A DNA stretch of 64,000 nt from a virus. A program made the translations under genes and the position numbers. The stretch is taken from IMG/VR virus record IMGVR_UViG_3300028536_000015, positions 1 through 64,000 of that record, one strand, 5' to 3'. Shown one piece after another: positions 17,707 to 27,281 of the stretch (positions are counted from its first letter, which is position 1; each line of letters begins with the position of its first letter). The notes below the pieces were generated by a model. That model had not been told where the DNA came from and made no database searches. It was given only the letters and a program-made list of their open reading frames with translations.

Positions 17707-18258
17707 ATGACGCCGATTGATGAATACGATCAGCCCGTTCTCGCAAAGAGAGCAAATTTTCTACAAACCAAGGGACTATCTCTGGTTCCGATCAATGAGA
17801 ATATTCGGGATTATTCCAGATGGCTCAATGATCCTGAGGTCGTTAAGTTCTCAGAACTTCGCCATCGTTCGCATACCCCTGAAAGCTGCATAGAGTACAT
17901 CAAGGGCTTTGATCAGATCGATAACTGCATGTGGGCGATCTATGCCATCGGTCCTGACATGCATATCGGGAATATCACCATCCACATCGATCCCAACAAC
18001 AACGTCGCTCAGATGGGCATGCTGATCGGTGAAAAGTGGGCATGGGGACGCAAATATGGCCGGGAAGCATGGGGGGCCGTAATGACCTGGGCGAAGACTC
18101 AGAAAATCCGCCAAGTCGAGGCTGGTTGTATGCTCAATAACGTTGGCATGCGCCGCATCATGATACTTTGCGAAATGTTGCATTGCGCAACCGTTGAAGG
18201 TCATTTCTTGCTTGATGGAGCCATTATCTCCAAAGCCATCCACCGGAAGATATTCTGA
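17707..18258 (+). CDS. GNAT N-acyltransferase (RimJ/RimL type, PseH-like)
   Basis: WLNDPEV, HIGNI and IGEKWAWGRKYGREA; sugar-cluster context. Confidence 0.8.
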   Translation: MTPIDEYDQPVLAKRANFLQTKGLSLVPINENIRDYSRWLNDPEVVKFSELRHRSHTPESCIEYIKGFDQIDNCMWAIYAIGPDMHIGNITIHIDPNNNVAQMGMLIGEKWAWGRKYGREAWGAVMTWAKTQKIRQVEAGCMLNNVGMRRIMILCEMLHCATVEGHFLLDGAIISKAIHRKIF

Positions 18259-19070
18259 TGCATAAAACGAAAGAGTTTTGGGACCAACAGGCTGAGAAGC
18301 ATGGCGCTGATCAAGCCGCGACAGCGCCAGACCATTTCTACCGCGATAACATCGAGATCAAGCGCATCGTTGAAGTCATGACGATCATGGAGCCGGAAGC
18401 TATCTTGGATATAGGCTGCGGTAATGGCTATTCCACGATCGAAATCGCCAAGAAGTTTCCGACATCGATGGTGATCGGGGTCGATACTAGCGAAAAGATG
18501 CTCGAAGAGGCCCGAGAGGCCGCCAAGGGCATCAATAACATCACCTTTTTCCAGGGTGATGTCCTTACTCTATCCTGGCATCCGAAATTGCAGCATCAAA
18601 AGTTCGATGTGGTGCTCAGTGTGCGCTGTTTGATCAATCTGGACAACTGGGAAGAGCAAAAACTCGCCATTTTGCAGATGCGAAAGCTTCTGACGCCGGA
18701 CGGTTCTCTGATTTTAGTCGAAAACACCAAAGAGGGACTGGATAAGCTCAATTTGCTCCGTCAGATCGTGGATTTGCCCCCGATCGAACAGCGATGGCAC
18801 AATAATTACATCCCGGAAGACAAATTGAAGCAGTTTGTCGCTGAAAACAACCGAAAACTGTTCCAACTCATGGCAATGGAGAACATCGGGAACCTCTACT
18901 ACATCATTTCGAGGGTGGTTTATGCCAAACTTGCGCAAATGGAGGGCAAAGAGCCATCCTATGATCACCCACTCAATGAAATAGCATCTCAACTGCCTAG
19001 CCTGGGCGATCATTACTCATGTTCACCGAACTATATGATGATCTTAGAGAACATCCCGGACGAAAGTTAA
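18258..19070 (+). CDS. Class I SAM-dependent methyltransferase
   Basis: ILDIGCGNG; RCLINL. Confidence 0.85.
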   Translation: MHKTKEFWDQQAEKHGADQAATAPDHFYRDNIEIKRIVEVMTIMEPEAILDIGCGNGYSTIEIAKKFPTSMVIGVDTSEKMLEEAREAAKGINNITFFQGDVLTLSWHPKLQHQKFDVVLSVRCLINLDNWEEQKLAILQMRKLLTPDGSLILVENTKEGLDKLNLLRQIVDLPPIEQRWHNNYIPEDKLKQFVAENNRKLFQLMAMENIGNLYYIISRVVYAKLAQMEGKEPSYDHPLNEIASQLPSLGDHYSCSPNYMMILENIPDES

Positions 19071-19091
19071 TCAGCAACAAAGGAAAGAGAC

Positions 19092-19367
19092 ATGACACAG
19101 AAATTGGACGCGAAATTCTCTGGCGTAATTTTTAAGATCAAGGATGGATCGATTGTCAGCGACGACGAGTATGTGGTATTCTTGGCAAAGGATACCGCAT
19201 TCTATGAGACACTTCCGACCTATCGCCGTAAGTGCATTGAGCTTGGTGCCGATCAAGAACAGATCGCGGCAGTCGATCGCATGATCGCAAGAGCGACTGA
19301 TTGGCGGCATGCTAATCCCGATCGCTGCAAAGTTCCTGATGCTAAGGGTGAAAAGCTGGTTGGTTAA
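19092..19367 (+). CDS. Hypothetical protein
   Basis: 91 aa with AAGGA RBS; VFLAKD motif. Confidence 0.6.
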   Translation: MTQKLDAKFSGVIFKIKDGSIVSDDEYVVFLAKDTAFYETLPTYRRKCIELGADQEQIAAVDRMIARATDWRHANPDRCKVPDAKGEKLVG

Positions 19368-19392
19368 TTAATCCCGCATCAAGAAGAAAGTA

Positions 19393-20037
19393 ATGGGCAA
19401 GCAGGAAGATATCTTTCTGGAGAGCGAGGGGGACGCGTGGTTTGAGCGAAATATATACAAAGTTCGTGAGGATGTCCACGCAGACCCCGTTATCCAGCTC
19501 GTTCTCAGGCATTTTAATACCGGCGAGCCATTGGGGGTCCTAGAGATAGGATGCTCCAATGGCTGGCGCTTGAGCGAACTCCATAAAATCTACCATTGGT
19601 TCTGTTACGGCATCGATCCTTCAGCCGAGGCCATCAAAAACGGCCTGATGAGGTTCGGCAACCTGGAGAAACTGAACCTTACCCGAGGTTCAGCGACGGC
19701 TCATCCTTATCATTCCGCAACCATGGATATGATCATCTATGGTTTTTGCCTCTATGTGTGCGATCCCGAAGAGCTGTTCGAGATCGTTACGCAGGCCGAC
19801 AATGCTCTAAAAGACGGCGGCTCAATCATCATCCATGATTTTGACGCAGAGTATCCTCATTCTGTCCCCAATCATCATGTAGAAGGATTGATATCTTACA
19901 AGATGGATTGGAGCAAGCTTTGGCTATGTCATCCGGCATATAGATTGGTCGAGAAGGTATCATTTGCAGACGGAACCGCTGTCTGGCTTCTTAGGAAATC
20001 TCAGGGAGATGCGTTTCCGTGCTCATCGGCATCTTAG
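19393..20037 (+). CDS. SAM methyltransferase resembling pseudaminic-acid-cluster-associated methylases
   Basis: QEDIFLESEGDAWFERN; VLEIGCSNG; GFCLY. Confidence 0.75.
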   Translation: MGKQEDIFLESEGDAWFERNIYKVREDVHADPVIQLVLRHFNTGEPLGVLEIGCSNGWRLSELHKIYHWFCYGIDPSAEAIKNGLMRFGNLEKLNLTRGSATAHPYHSATMDMIIYGFCLYVCDPEELFEIVTQADNALKDGGSIIIHDFDAEYPHSVPNHHVEGLISYKMDWSKLWLCHPAYRLVEKVSFADGTAVWLLRKSQGDAFPCSSAS

Positions 20038-20888
20038 GGTTTGGTTCGATTGGAATGCGTCATGGGCGCAATCTCATGGATATCGGGCATCAGGTTGTTT
20101 TCCATGATCCTGGCGTTCTCGGCAGCATAGATCGTGATGTTCTAATCCGAGAGGCGGATGCGGTCATTATCTGCACGCCAACGATACGGCATGCTCTTGA
20201 TCTCTGCGATGTCTTGCAGGCAAGGAAGCATGTCCTGGTTGAGAAACCCATTGGTTATGACTGTCCTCCATATATCTCGGGCCTCATCATGGGCGCGCGG
20301 TCAGCAGCGAGAGATTTGGTAGTCGCTACTGGGTTCATGTGTCGGTTTCATCCTGAAGTTCAGAGAGCAAGGAGCATGATAGATTATGGCTACTTCAACA
20401 AAATCATCGATGTGCAATTCGATGTTTTACAAAAAAATAGCAAACCTGAATACTTGCGTGATGGTGTTATCCGAAATTGGGCTTCGCACGAACTCGACTT
20501 GGCTAGATATCTCTTGGGAAATCTCTGTCTAGAAAAAGCTGATGTTGGCGTTTCTCTCGATCACCAAGACATTTCTATGGTAGCTGATCTCTATAGCATA
20601 GAGCATGACTGTCCTGTGATTATACGAGCCGATTACATTACCAGTCCAGAGTTTAGAAGATTTTCTATTCAAGGCAATAAAGCTGTAGCCGTCGCGTTTA
20701 ATCTAGTGCGAGGAGAGGCCGTCTGGGACCAAACCTACGTGGATGAACTCAAGGCATTCATCAATGCGATCGATGGTAAGGACCCTGGACCGCTGGCAGA
20801 TGGTGCAGATGGTGTCGCGGCTCTTCAACTCGTCATGGACATAAGAGAGAAGGTTGGATTGGAAGATGAGCAAAAGAAGAACATTTAG
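20019..20888 (+). CDS. Gfo/Idh/MocA NAD(P)-dependent oxidoreductase
   Basis: GFGSIGMRH, HVLVEKP and SHELD. Confidence 0.88.
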   Translation: MLIGILGFGSIGMRHGRNLMDIGHQVVFHDPGVLGSIDRDVLIREADAVIICTPTIRHALDLCDVLQARKHVLVEKPIGYDCPPYISGLIMGARSAARDLVVATGFMCRFHPEVQRARSMIDYGYFNKIIDVQFDVLQKNSKPEYLRDGVIRNWASHELDLARYLLGNLCLEKADVGVSLDHQDISMVADLYSIEHDCPVIIRADYITSPEFRRFSIQGNKAVAVAFNLVRGEAVWDQTYVDELKAFINAIDGKDPGPLADGADGVAALQLVMDIREKVGLEDEQKKNI

Positions 20889-21072
20889 ATGCGAGTTATG
20901 TGAAATGAATTATCCGGTAGAACCGGGATGGACTGACGACATGGCAAAGGAGGAGTTTCGTCGTCTTTATCCAGGGCAGCCATTCAAGAATGTCGCCAAA
21001 ATCTGTGATGACTGCCATAAAATGGTCGAGATATGGCGCCAGGAGAATGAGGGAAAGAGGACGCTTCAATGA
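20854..21072 (+). CDS. Small CxxC protein
   Basis: CELC ... ICDDC; start uncertain. Confidence 0.5.
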   Translation: MDWKMSKRRTFRCELCEMNYPVEPGWTDDMAKEEFRRLYPGQPFKNVAKICDDCHKMVEIWRQENEGKRTLQ

Positions 21073-21081
21073 GACTTCCTC

Positions 21082-21591
21082 ATGAAGCCAAAACACAAGA
21101 TATCTCAGACTACGCTCAAGCATCATCTAAAATATGATCCTGAAAGTGGAATATTCTACTGGAGACATTCCACCTATCGAACTGACCTAATTGGCAATCA
21201 AGCTGGGTACATTGATCGACGTGGGTATATCCGCATTAAGATTGGATCGATTACATATCTAGCTCATAGACTAGCCTACATCTACATGACCGGAACTAAT
21301 CCTCCAGAGCTTATCGACCATAAGGATAACAACCGACAGAATAATCGATGGATAAACATCCGTTCAGCTACACATGGGCAAAATGTCTCAAACTCCTCAG
21401 GATGGAAAAAGAGAAAAATAAAACTACCCAAAGGAGTGTACAAACATTCCATGTCAGCAGGATATTTTGCCATGATCGTAGTAGACAGAAAACGTCACTA
21501 TCTTGGCTCCTTCAAAACAATAGAAGAAGCGAAAGCTACCTACATTTCCGCCGCCATAAAATTCAAAGGCGAATTCGCGAGGGCTTCATGA
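21082..21591 (+). CDS. HNH-AP2 homing endonuclease
   Basis: YLAHRLAY, IDHKDNNRQNNRWIN and YLGSFKT. Confidence 0.88.
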   Translation: MKPKHKISQTTLKHHLKYDPESGIFYWRHSTYRTDLIGNQAGYIDRRGYIRIKIGSITYLAHRLAYIYMTGTNPPELIDHKDNNRQNNRWINIRSATHGQNVSNSSGWKKRKIKLPKGVYKHSMSAGYFAMIVVDRKRHYLGSFKTIEEAKATYISAAIKFKGEFARAS

Positions 21592-23576
21592 CTAAAACCG
21601 TTGCCATATGCCAAGCTAGGATGTCCAGTACCCGCTTACCGGGAAAGGTTATGAAAGACCTTGCGGGAAGACCTGTAATAGATTGGGTGGTAGAGGCCGC
21701 CAAACACGCTCCCGGCGTTGACGAGGTCATAGTTGCCACCTCCATAGAACCTGCGGATGACGTGATTGCGGAGTGGGCTACACATAAGGGAGTAGCATTA
21801 TACCGAGGATCGTTAACTGATGTCATGAGCCGATTTGTAGGAGCGGCCAATCAAACCAACGCCGATATTATCGTTCGCTTGACCTGTGACTGTCCTCTGC
21901 TTGACCCGAATGTAATTGGAGAAGTGATCCAACTCAGGAAAATAAAAAATGCAGACTACGCCTCATGTACTGATCCTCCCTCGTATAGTGACGGTCTCGA
22001 TGTCGAGGTATTCACGCGGGGAACTCTGGAAAGCGCCAATCGGGAAGCAACGCGAGGAACTGACCGAGATACTGTTACTCGCTTTATGGTTCGCAATCGT
22101 CATAGGTTTCATGCTGTTAATTTGGTCTGCTCGCTTCCTAATCTCGCTCGTGAACGGTGGGTCCTCGATAGTCCAGAGGATTATGAATTCATCCTGGAGA
22201 TCGCAAAGAGGCTTGGCGGCGGCAGAAATCCACCGTCATACCTTCAGATTTTGTCGATCCTTGATAAGGAGCCATCACTCCGGGCGATAAACAACATGCA
22301 CTCTCGCAACGAGCGCTTCTATGAGGCGCTTGCTGCGGAAGGCTCTAGCAAACGATCATATCATAATTCCAAGATGATGCTAGCTAAGGCTGAGGCTTTG
22401 ATCCCCTTGGGAACGCAGACCTTCAGCAAGAGCAAGCTGATGTTCCCGGAAGGAGCAGCGCCACTGTTCGTAACCCATGGAGATGGGGCCTATGTCTTTG
22501 ACGTGGATGGCAATGATTATGTTGATTGCGTCGGAGGGCTTCTGCCTAATATCCTTGGCTACAGAGACCCCGATGTGGATAGCGCTATCCGCGATCAGCT
22601 ATCTAGCGGGATTAGCTTTAGCCTTGCGACCCCTTTAGAAGAGAAACTAGCGGCGCTGCTCCATAAGCATATTCCATCCGCTGAGATGGTGAAATTCGGC
22701 AAGAACGGCAGCGATGTCACGACTGCCGCTGTCCGTCTTGCGCGCCATGTCACCGGACGAGATATGGTCATGGTAGGTGGCTATCACGGCTGGCACGACT
22801 GGAGTATGGCGGTTAGTGAGCGCCATAATGGCATCCCCTGGGATGTCCAAAAGCTTTCCGATAGTCTGCACGCTGATAAAGAGCGGTTTAGCTCATACGC
22901 CGCCATGATCATTGAGCCTGAGTTCTATTCCAAGGAAGAGCTACAAGGCATCCAAAAACTATCCCTTGAATATGGGTTCCTCTTGATCTTTGACGAGATC
23001 ATCACTGGGTTCCGTTGCGGGTTGGGGGGTTTGCAGAAAGTCCATGGGGTGGCGCCTGATTTGTCTTGTTTTGGCAAATCCATGGCCAACGGCATGCCGA
23101 TATCTGCCTTGGTCGGACTTGAGAAATACATGAAACACATGCCTGAGATTGCTTATTCAGGCACGTTCTTTGGCGAAACACTATCGATCGCAGCGGCGAT
23201 TGCGACCATCGAAAAGTTGGAACGCGAGAGGGTCCCGGTTTGGTTACTGTCCCTTGGTATCTCTGTCTATGCCAATGTTACAACCCTGATCCAGAAGGCC
23301 AGATTGACTGAGTATATCTCATTGTATGGCCCTATGGAGCTAAATCGCATCAAGTTCAAGAACAATGGCGTCCAGAGCCTGTTCATTCAGGAGATGGCCA
23401 AGAACGGCGTGCTCATCATCGGTAGCCACAACCTCAGCTTTGCTCATGGTAAAACCGAGCTGGATATCATCACCAGAGCCTGGGAAAAGACACTGGACAA
23501 GCTTGCTGAAGCGGCGAGTTCCAATATCCTGGATCATCTCGATGGCGGTCTCGTCATGGCGAAAGGCGTCAGATGA
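21588..23576 (+). CDS. Fusion of SpsF/PseF-type cytidylyltransferase and class III PLP aminotransferase
   Basis: ATG at 21588 (ATGA overlap); QARMSSTRLPGKV and RLTCDCP; FGKNGSD, FDEIITGFR and FGKSMANG. Confidence 0.88.
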   Translation: MTKTVAICQARMSSTRLPGKVMKDLAGRPVIDWVVEAAKHAPGVDEVIVATSIEPADDVIAEWATHKGVALYRGSLTDVMSRFVGAANQTNADIIVRLTCDCPLLDPNVIGEVIQLRKIKNADYASCTDPPSYSDGLDVEVFTRGTLESANREATRGTDRDTVTRFMVRNRHRFHAVNLVCSLPNLARERWVLDSPEDYEFILEIAKRLGGGRNPPSYLQILSILDKEPSLRAINNMHSRNERFYEALAAEGSSKRSYHNSKMMLAKAEALIPLGTQTFSKSKLMFPEGAAPLFVTHGDGAYVFDVDGNDYVDCVGGLLPNILGYRDPDVDSAIRDQLSSGISFSLATPLEEKLAALLHKHIPSAEMVKFGKNGSDVTTAAVRLARHVTGRDMVMVGGYHGWHDWSMAVSERHNGIPWDVQKLSDSLHADKERFSSYAAMIIEPEFYSKEELQGIQKLSLEYGFLLIFDEIITGFRCGLGGLQKVHGVAPDLSCFGKSMANGMPISALVGLEKYMKHMPEIAYSGTFFGETLSIAAAIATIEKLERERVPVWLLSLGISVYANVTTLIQKARLTEYISLYGPMELNRIKFKNNGVQSLFIQEMAKNGVLIIGSHNLSFAHGKTELDIITRAWEKTLDKLAEAASSNILDHLDGGLVMAKGVR

Positions 23577-23779
23577 GCACTGTTATCATGAAATTAACGG
23601 TGCCTTCTGATTGGGATGGCCAACAGTTGAAGCCAGCCGGCACTATTGGTTTAAGACAAATCTGTCTAAACCGAACTAACTGGATGGCCCATGATCAGCT
23701 AAGTTCGATCATCATACCTGATGGTGGCCAAATTATCATCAGACGCGATGGTCATACGATCTATATTGAGCGACCATGA
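23573..23779 (+). CDS. Hypothetical protein
   Basis: ATGA overlaps on both sides. Confidence 0.55.
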   Translation: MSTVIMKLTVPSDWDGQQLKPAGTIGLRQICLNRTNWMAHDQLSSIIIPDGGQIIIRRDGHTIYIERP

Positions 23780-24696
23780 AAGTCCTTATCACCGGAGGCT
23801 CAGGTAGCTGGGCGCAGGCTTGTGTTAAACGCCTCCTAGATGACAAGTTGGCTGACCGCATCGTTATATATTCTCGTGGTGAGCACCTTCAAGAGGAGAT
23901 GGCGCGACGCTTTAATCATGATGATCGCCTCAGGTTCGTCATAGGGGATGTTCGTGACCGTGATCGACTTGAGATGGCGATGTATGGGATTGACACAGTT
24001 CTCCATGCTGCGGCCCTTAAGATCGTTCCCACGGCTGAGTATAATCCTTACGAATGCGTGCAGACCAACATCGGAGGAGCTGAAAATGTTGCTAGAGCTA
24101 GTCTTGCTGCTGGCGTACAGCGCGTTATCGCTCTTTCTACTGATAAATCAGTCTCTCCTCTTAACCTCTATGGTGCGACAAAGCTTGCTGCTGAGAAGAT
24201 TTTCGTGGCAGCAAATAATATGTCTGCTGGTCGATGTAGCTATTCTGTCTGCCGCTATGGGAATGTCGTTAATAGTCGCGGGTCTGTGGTTCCGCTATTT
24301 AAACGACTTGCCAATGCTGGAGAACGTCTACCCATCACTGATCCACAGATGACCCGGTTCTGGATGACGCTGGATCAAGCTGTTGATCTCGTGCTGTCGT
24401 CTCTAGAGATGATGAAGGGTCGGGAAATCTTCATTCCAAAGATACCATCTGTGCGAATTGTTGATCTTGCCGCCGCTATTTCGCCAGAGTGTGGGACTAA
24501 GATTACCGGCATCAGACCGGGGGAGAAACTCCACGAAGTCTTGATGACACAAGAGGAAGCCAGAGGTGCTCTGGAGGCCTGGGATCGCTTTATCGTAAAT
24601 TCTGACGGCGTATCCAACATCAAAGAACCAAGGACCTATTCTAGTGATAGTAATGGCGATTATCTTAGTTTGGAAGAAATTAAGAGATATCTATAA
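23776..24696 (+). CDS. pseB: UDP-GlcNAc 4,6-dehydratase (inverting)
   Basis: HAAALKIVPTAEYNP, STDK, YGATK, RYGNV, MTRFW and GIRPGEKLHE. Confidence 0.9.
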   Translation: MKVLITGGSGSWAQACVKRLLDDKLADRIVIYSRGEHLQEEMARRFNHDDRLRFVIGDVRDRDRLEMAMYGIDTVLHAAALKIVPTAEYNPYECVQTNIGGAENVARASLAAGVQRVIALSTDKSVSPLNLYGATKLAAEKIFVAANNMSAGRCSYSVCRYGNVVNSRGSVVPLFKRLANAGERLPITDPQMTRFWMTLDQAVDLVLSSLEMMKGREIFIPKIPSVRIVDLAAAISPECGTKITGIRPGEKLHEVLMTQEEARGALEAWDRFIVNSDGVSNIKEPRTYSSDSNGDYLSLEEIKRYL

Positions 24697-24702
24697 GAGG
24701 GG

Positions 24703-25791
24703 ATGATGGTGAAACTATTCACGACCATAGGAAACGATGAAGAAGAAGCTGTCCTGAGGGTTCTACGCAGAAAGCAGCTCTCTGGATATATAGCCGGGAA
24801 GGATACCTCTGGTGTAGAAGTCAATCGACTAGAGACTAACTGGGCTGAGTTCTTCGGCGTCAATTACGCGATTGCGTGCAATTCAGCCACGTCTGGGTTG
24901 CTCGCGGCCTGCATGGCAATCGGCGTGGGTCCTGGCGATGAAGTTATCGTTCCCTTTTTGACCATGTCTGCCACAGCCTGCGCTCCGAATGTTCTTGGGG
25001 CGCAGATCGTGCTTGCGGACGTTGATGAGAACCTATGTATCGATGTCAACCATGTCGGTAAGCTCATCAATGAGAACACCAAGGCTGTCATCGCGACCAA
25101 CCTATTCGGCCATCCAGCGAAACTAGCACAGTTGCGCGGCATGTGCGACAGCGTCAACGTCTTCCTGATTGAAGACAATGCGCAGGCCATAGGCGCGAAA
25201 GAAGGAACCCGCTACACCGGGACCATAGGTCATATCGGCGTGTTCTCGCTGAACTACCATAAGCAAATCCAGGCTGGTGAAGGTGGCGTGTGCGTCACAG
25301 ATAATTATCTTTTGAACATGAAGCTGCGTGGCGCCATAAATCATGGCGAGCACATGAAGCTCGATTTCCCAGGGCTGAACCTGCGCATGACCGAGATCAC
25401 AGCCGCTATCGCCATAGAGCAACTTAAGAAATTACCAGATATTCTGGAAGCTAAAGAAGAAGTGGCACGCGCCATCATTGGTCATATGAAACGATGTAGT
25501 TACATCAATCCACCTCCGACCCGCGATAATTGCACGAACGTATATTACGCCCTGCCGTTTCAGGTTATTGAGGGCTTCAGCCTCATAAGCGTTATTGCTC
25601 ATTTTCAAAGTAAATCAGGTCTTAATCTCTCGCTGGGTTATAGCAATCTCATGAAACTTAGGATCGGTGATAAATGGGTAAAGGACAAATGCCATAAATA
25701 CCGAGATGTAAGTAGGTTAGTCCTTCTGGAGATGTACAGCGATGACATCACGATGGATAGCCTGAAGCATATGGAGAAGGTATTCACATGA
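24703..25791 (+). CDS. pseC: DegT/DnrJ sugar aminotransferase (PseC-like)
   Basis: NSATSGL, IEDNAQA and SLNYHKQIQAGEGG with the PLP lysine. Confidence 0.8.
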   Translation: MMVKLFTTIGNDEEEAVLRVLRRKQLSGYIAGKDTSGVEVNRLETNWAEFFGVNYAIACNSATSGLLAACMAIGVGPGDEVIVPFLTMSATACAPNVLGAQIVLADVDENLCIDVNHVGKLINENTKAVIATNLFGHPAKLAQLRGMCDSVNVFLIEDNAQAIGAKEGTRYTGTIGHIGVFSLNYHKQIQAGEGGVCVTDNYLLNMKLRGAINHGEHMKLDFPGLNLRMTEITAAIAIEQLKKLPDILEAKEEVARAIIGHMKRCSYINPPPTRDNCTNVYYALPFQVIEGFSLISVIAHFQSKSGLNLSLGYSNLMKLRIGDKWVKDKCHKYRDVSRLVLLEMYSDDITMDSLKHMEKVFT

Positions 25792-26003
25792 CCGACGAGG
25801 AACTGTTAGATCAGATCACCAGAGTTCGCGCGCAGAATAACGTCAATTGGGTGGAACTCTTAAGGATCGCATTACGCGCTGATCCCAAGGCCACCAAGGA
25901 GGTTCTTGGCAAGGTTCTTATCATGGACCTCCAAGTGAGTAGGCTCACCAGAGCCCTGTCCGCGACAGACTGGAAGCCCAGGGACCTGGAGGACAAGAAA
26001 TGA
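25788..26003 (+). CDS. Small hypothetical protein
   Basis: 71 aa, coupled by overlaps; RAQNNVNW motif. Confidence 0.6.
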   Translation: MTDEELLDQITRVRAQNNVNWVELLRIALRADPKATKEVLGKVLIMDLQVSRLTRALSATDWKPRDLEDKK

Positions 26004-27043
26004 AAATAGGCTCACGGGAGATCGGACCGGATCATCCTCCTTATATCGTGGCCGAATTATCTGCTTCGCATCTAGGAGACATCAATAACGTATTCAGGCT
26101 GATCGATGAGGCGAGACATGCTGGCGCTGATGCCGTCAAGCTACAGGCCTACACACCAGATACGATTACGATGGATAGCAAGAATGCTGACTTTCTCATC
26201 AAGGAAGGTCCCTGGAAAGGACGATATCTCTTTGACCTTTACGCAGAAGCTCACGTGCCTTTTTCGTGGATGGAACGTATATTTGATTATGCTCGCAACG
26301 TTCGTTGCATCGAGATATTTGCATCTGTTTTCGACGAGAGCGCGGTTGGTCTCATGGAAGAACTTTATGCCCGTGCTTACAAGATTGCGAGCTTCGAGTT
26401 ATCTCATCTCCCTCTCATCAGGAACGTAGCGGAGACCAATAAGCCGATTATCTTGTCTACTGGGATGGGTTCCACCAAGGAAATCCTGGACGCCATGAAC
26501 GTCATCAACAAGTTCTCTCTCAAGCCTGATATCGCCCTGCTTCATTGTGTCAGCGCCTATCCGACACCTGCCAGTCAGGCCAACTTGCCGGCGCTAGGGC
26601 CTTTGAGCGAACTCCTGGGAGGGAAACATGTGGTTGGTCTGTCTGACCATACTCTTGGTATTGCTGTGGCTGTATCTGCTGTTTGCTACGGTGCGACCAT
26701 CATTGAAAAGCATCTATGTCTTAGTAGGAGCGCAGGTGGCCCTGACGCTGATTTTAGTCTGGAACCTGATGAGTTCACAGCCCTGGTAAAATCATGCCGC
26801 GAGGCATGGGAGGCTACTCGGCCGTCGAAGTCTCCGGATCAGAAGGCAAATCTTCAATGGCGTCGGTCGATTTATGTAACGAATCCAATTTCCGAAGGCG
26901 AGCCTCTGTCCAAGGAGAATATCCGAGTGATACGGCCAGCGAACGGGCTTTTGCCGTCATTTTACCCGTCCGTTTTGGGGCGAAAGGCAAAGGTGGCCCT
27001 GCAACCTGGGACTCCATTATCTCTCGATCACTTACTCTCATAA
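26000..27043 (+). CDS. pseI: Nonulosonic acid synthase (NeuB family, PseI-like) with SAF domain
   Basis: AELSASH, KLQAYTPDTIT, YKIASFE, LHCVSAYP, GLSDHT, IEKH and GPDADFSLEP. Confidence 0.88.
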   Translation: MKIGSREIGPDHPPYIVAELSASHLGDINNVFRLIDEARHAGADAVKLQAYTPDTITMDSKNADFLIKEGPWKGRYLFDLYAEAHVPFSWMERIFDYARNVRCIEIFASVFDESAVGLMEELYARAYKIASFELSHLPLIRNVAETNKPIILSTGMGSTKEILDAMNVINKFSLKPDIALLHCVSAYPTPASQANLPALGPLSELLGGKHVVGLSDHTLGIAVAVSAVCYGATIIEKHLCLSRSAGGPDADFSLEPDEFTALVKSCREAWEATRPSKSPDQKANLQWRRSIYVTNPISEGEPLSKENIRVIRPANGLLPSFYPSVLGRKAKVALQPGTPLSLDHLLS

Positions 27044-27281
27044 TCTTTACAGAAACCGTGCAACCTAGCGCGGCAGCTAGTTTCTTGATGGTCATGGTAC
27101 TCATGTGGACGATCTTGCCGGTTTCATAGGCGGCAATAAACGATTGGGATATCCCAGACGCATGAGCTAGCTGTTCCTGGGTCATATAGGGCGTCTGGGT
27201 CTGTCGAAGCCAGCGGAGGCGCTGGTGGAGCACTTGATGCTCGTTCGAAACCATGGCCCCCTTAGGGCGTCCGCGCGGCAT
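26814..27281 (-). CDS. XRE-family HTH regulator whose 3' end overlaps pseI antisense
   Basis: MTQEQLAHASGISQSFIAAYETGK ... KLAAALG. Confidence 0.75.
   Translation of the reverse strand: MPRGRPKGAMVSNEHQVLHQRLRWLRQTQTPYMTQEQLAHASGISQSFIAAYETGKIVHMSTMTIKKLAAALGCTVSVKIMRVSDREIMESQVAGPPLPFAPKRTGKMTAKARSLAVSLGYSPWTEARLRKLDSLHKSTDAIEDLPSDPETSTAE

Noticed and set aside
21348-21587. 80-aa N-terminal extension of the 742-aa ORF
   Set aside because: It is a shadow frame over the HNH gene; the recognisable domain starts at ATG 21588.
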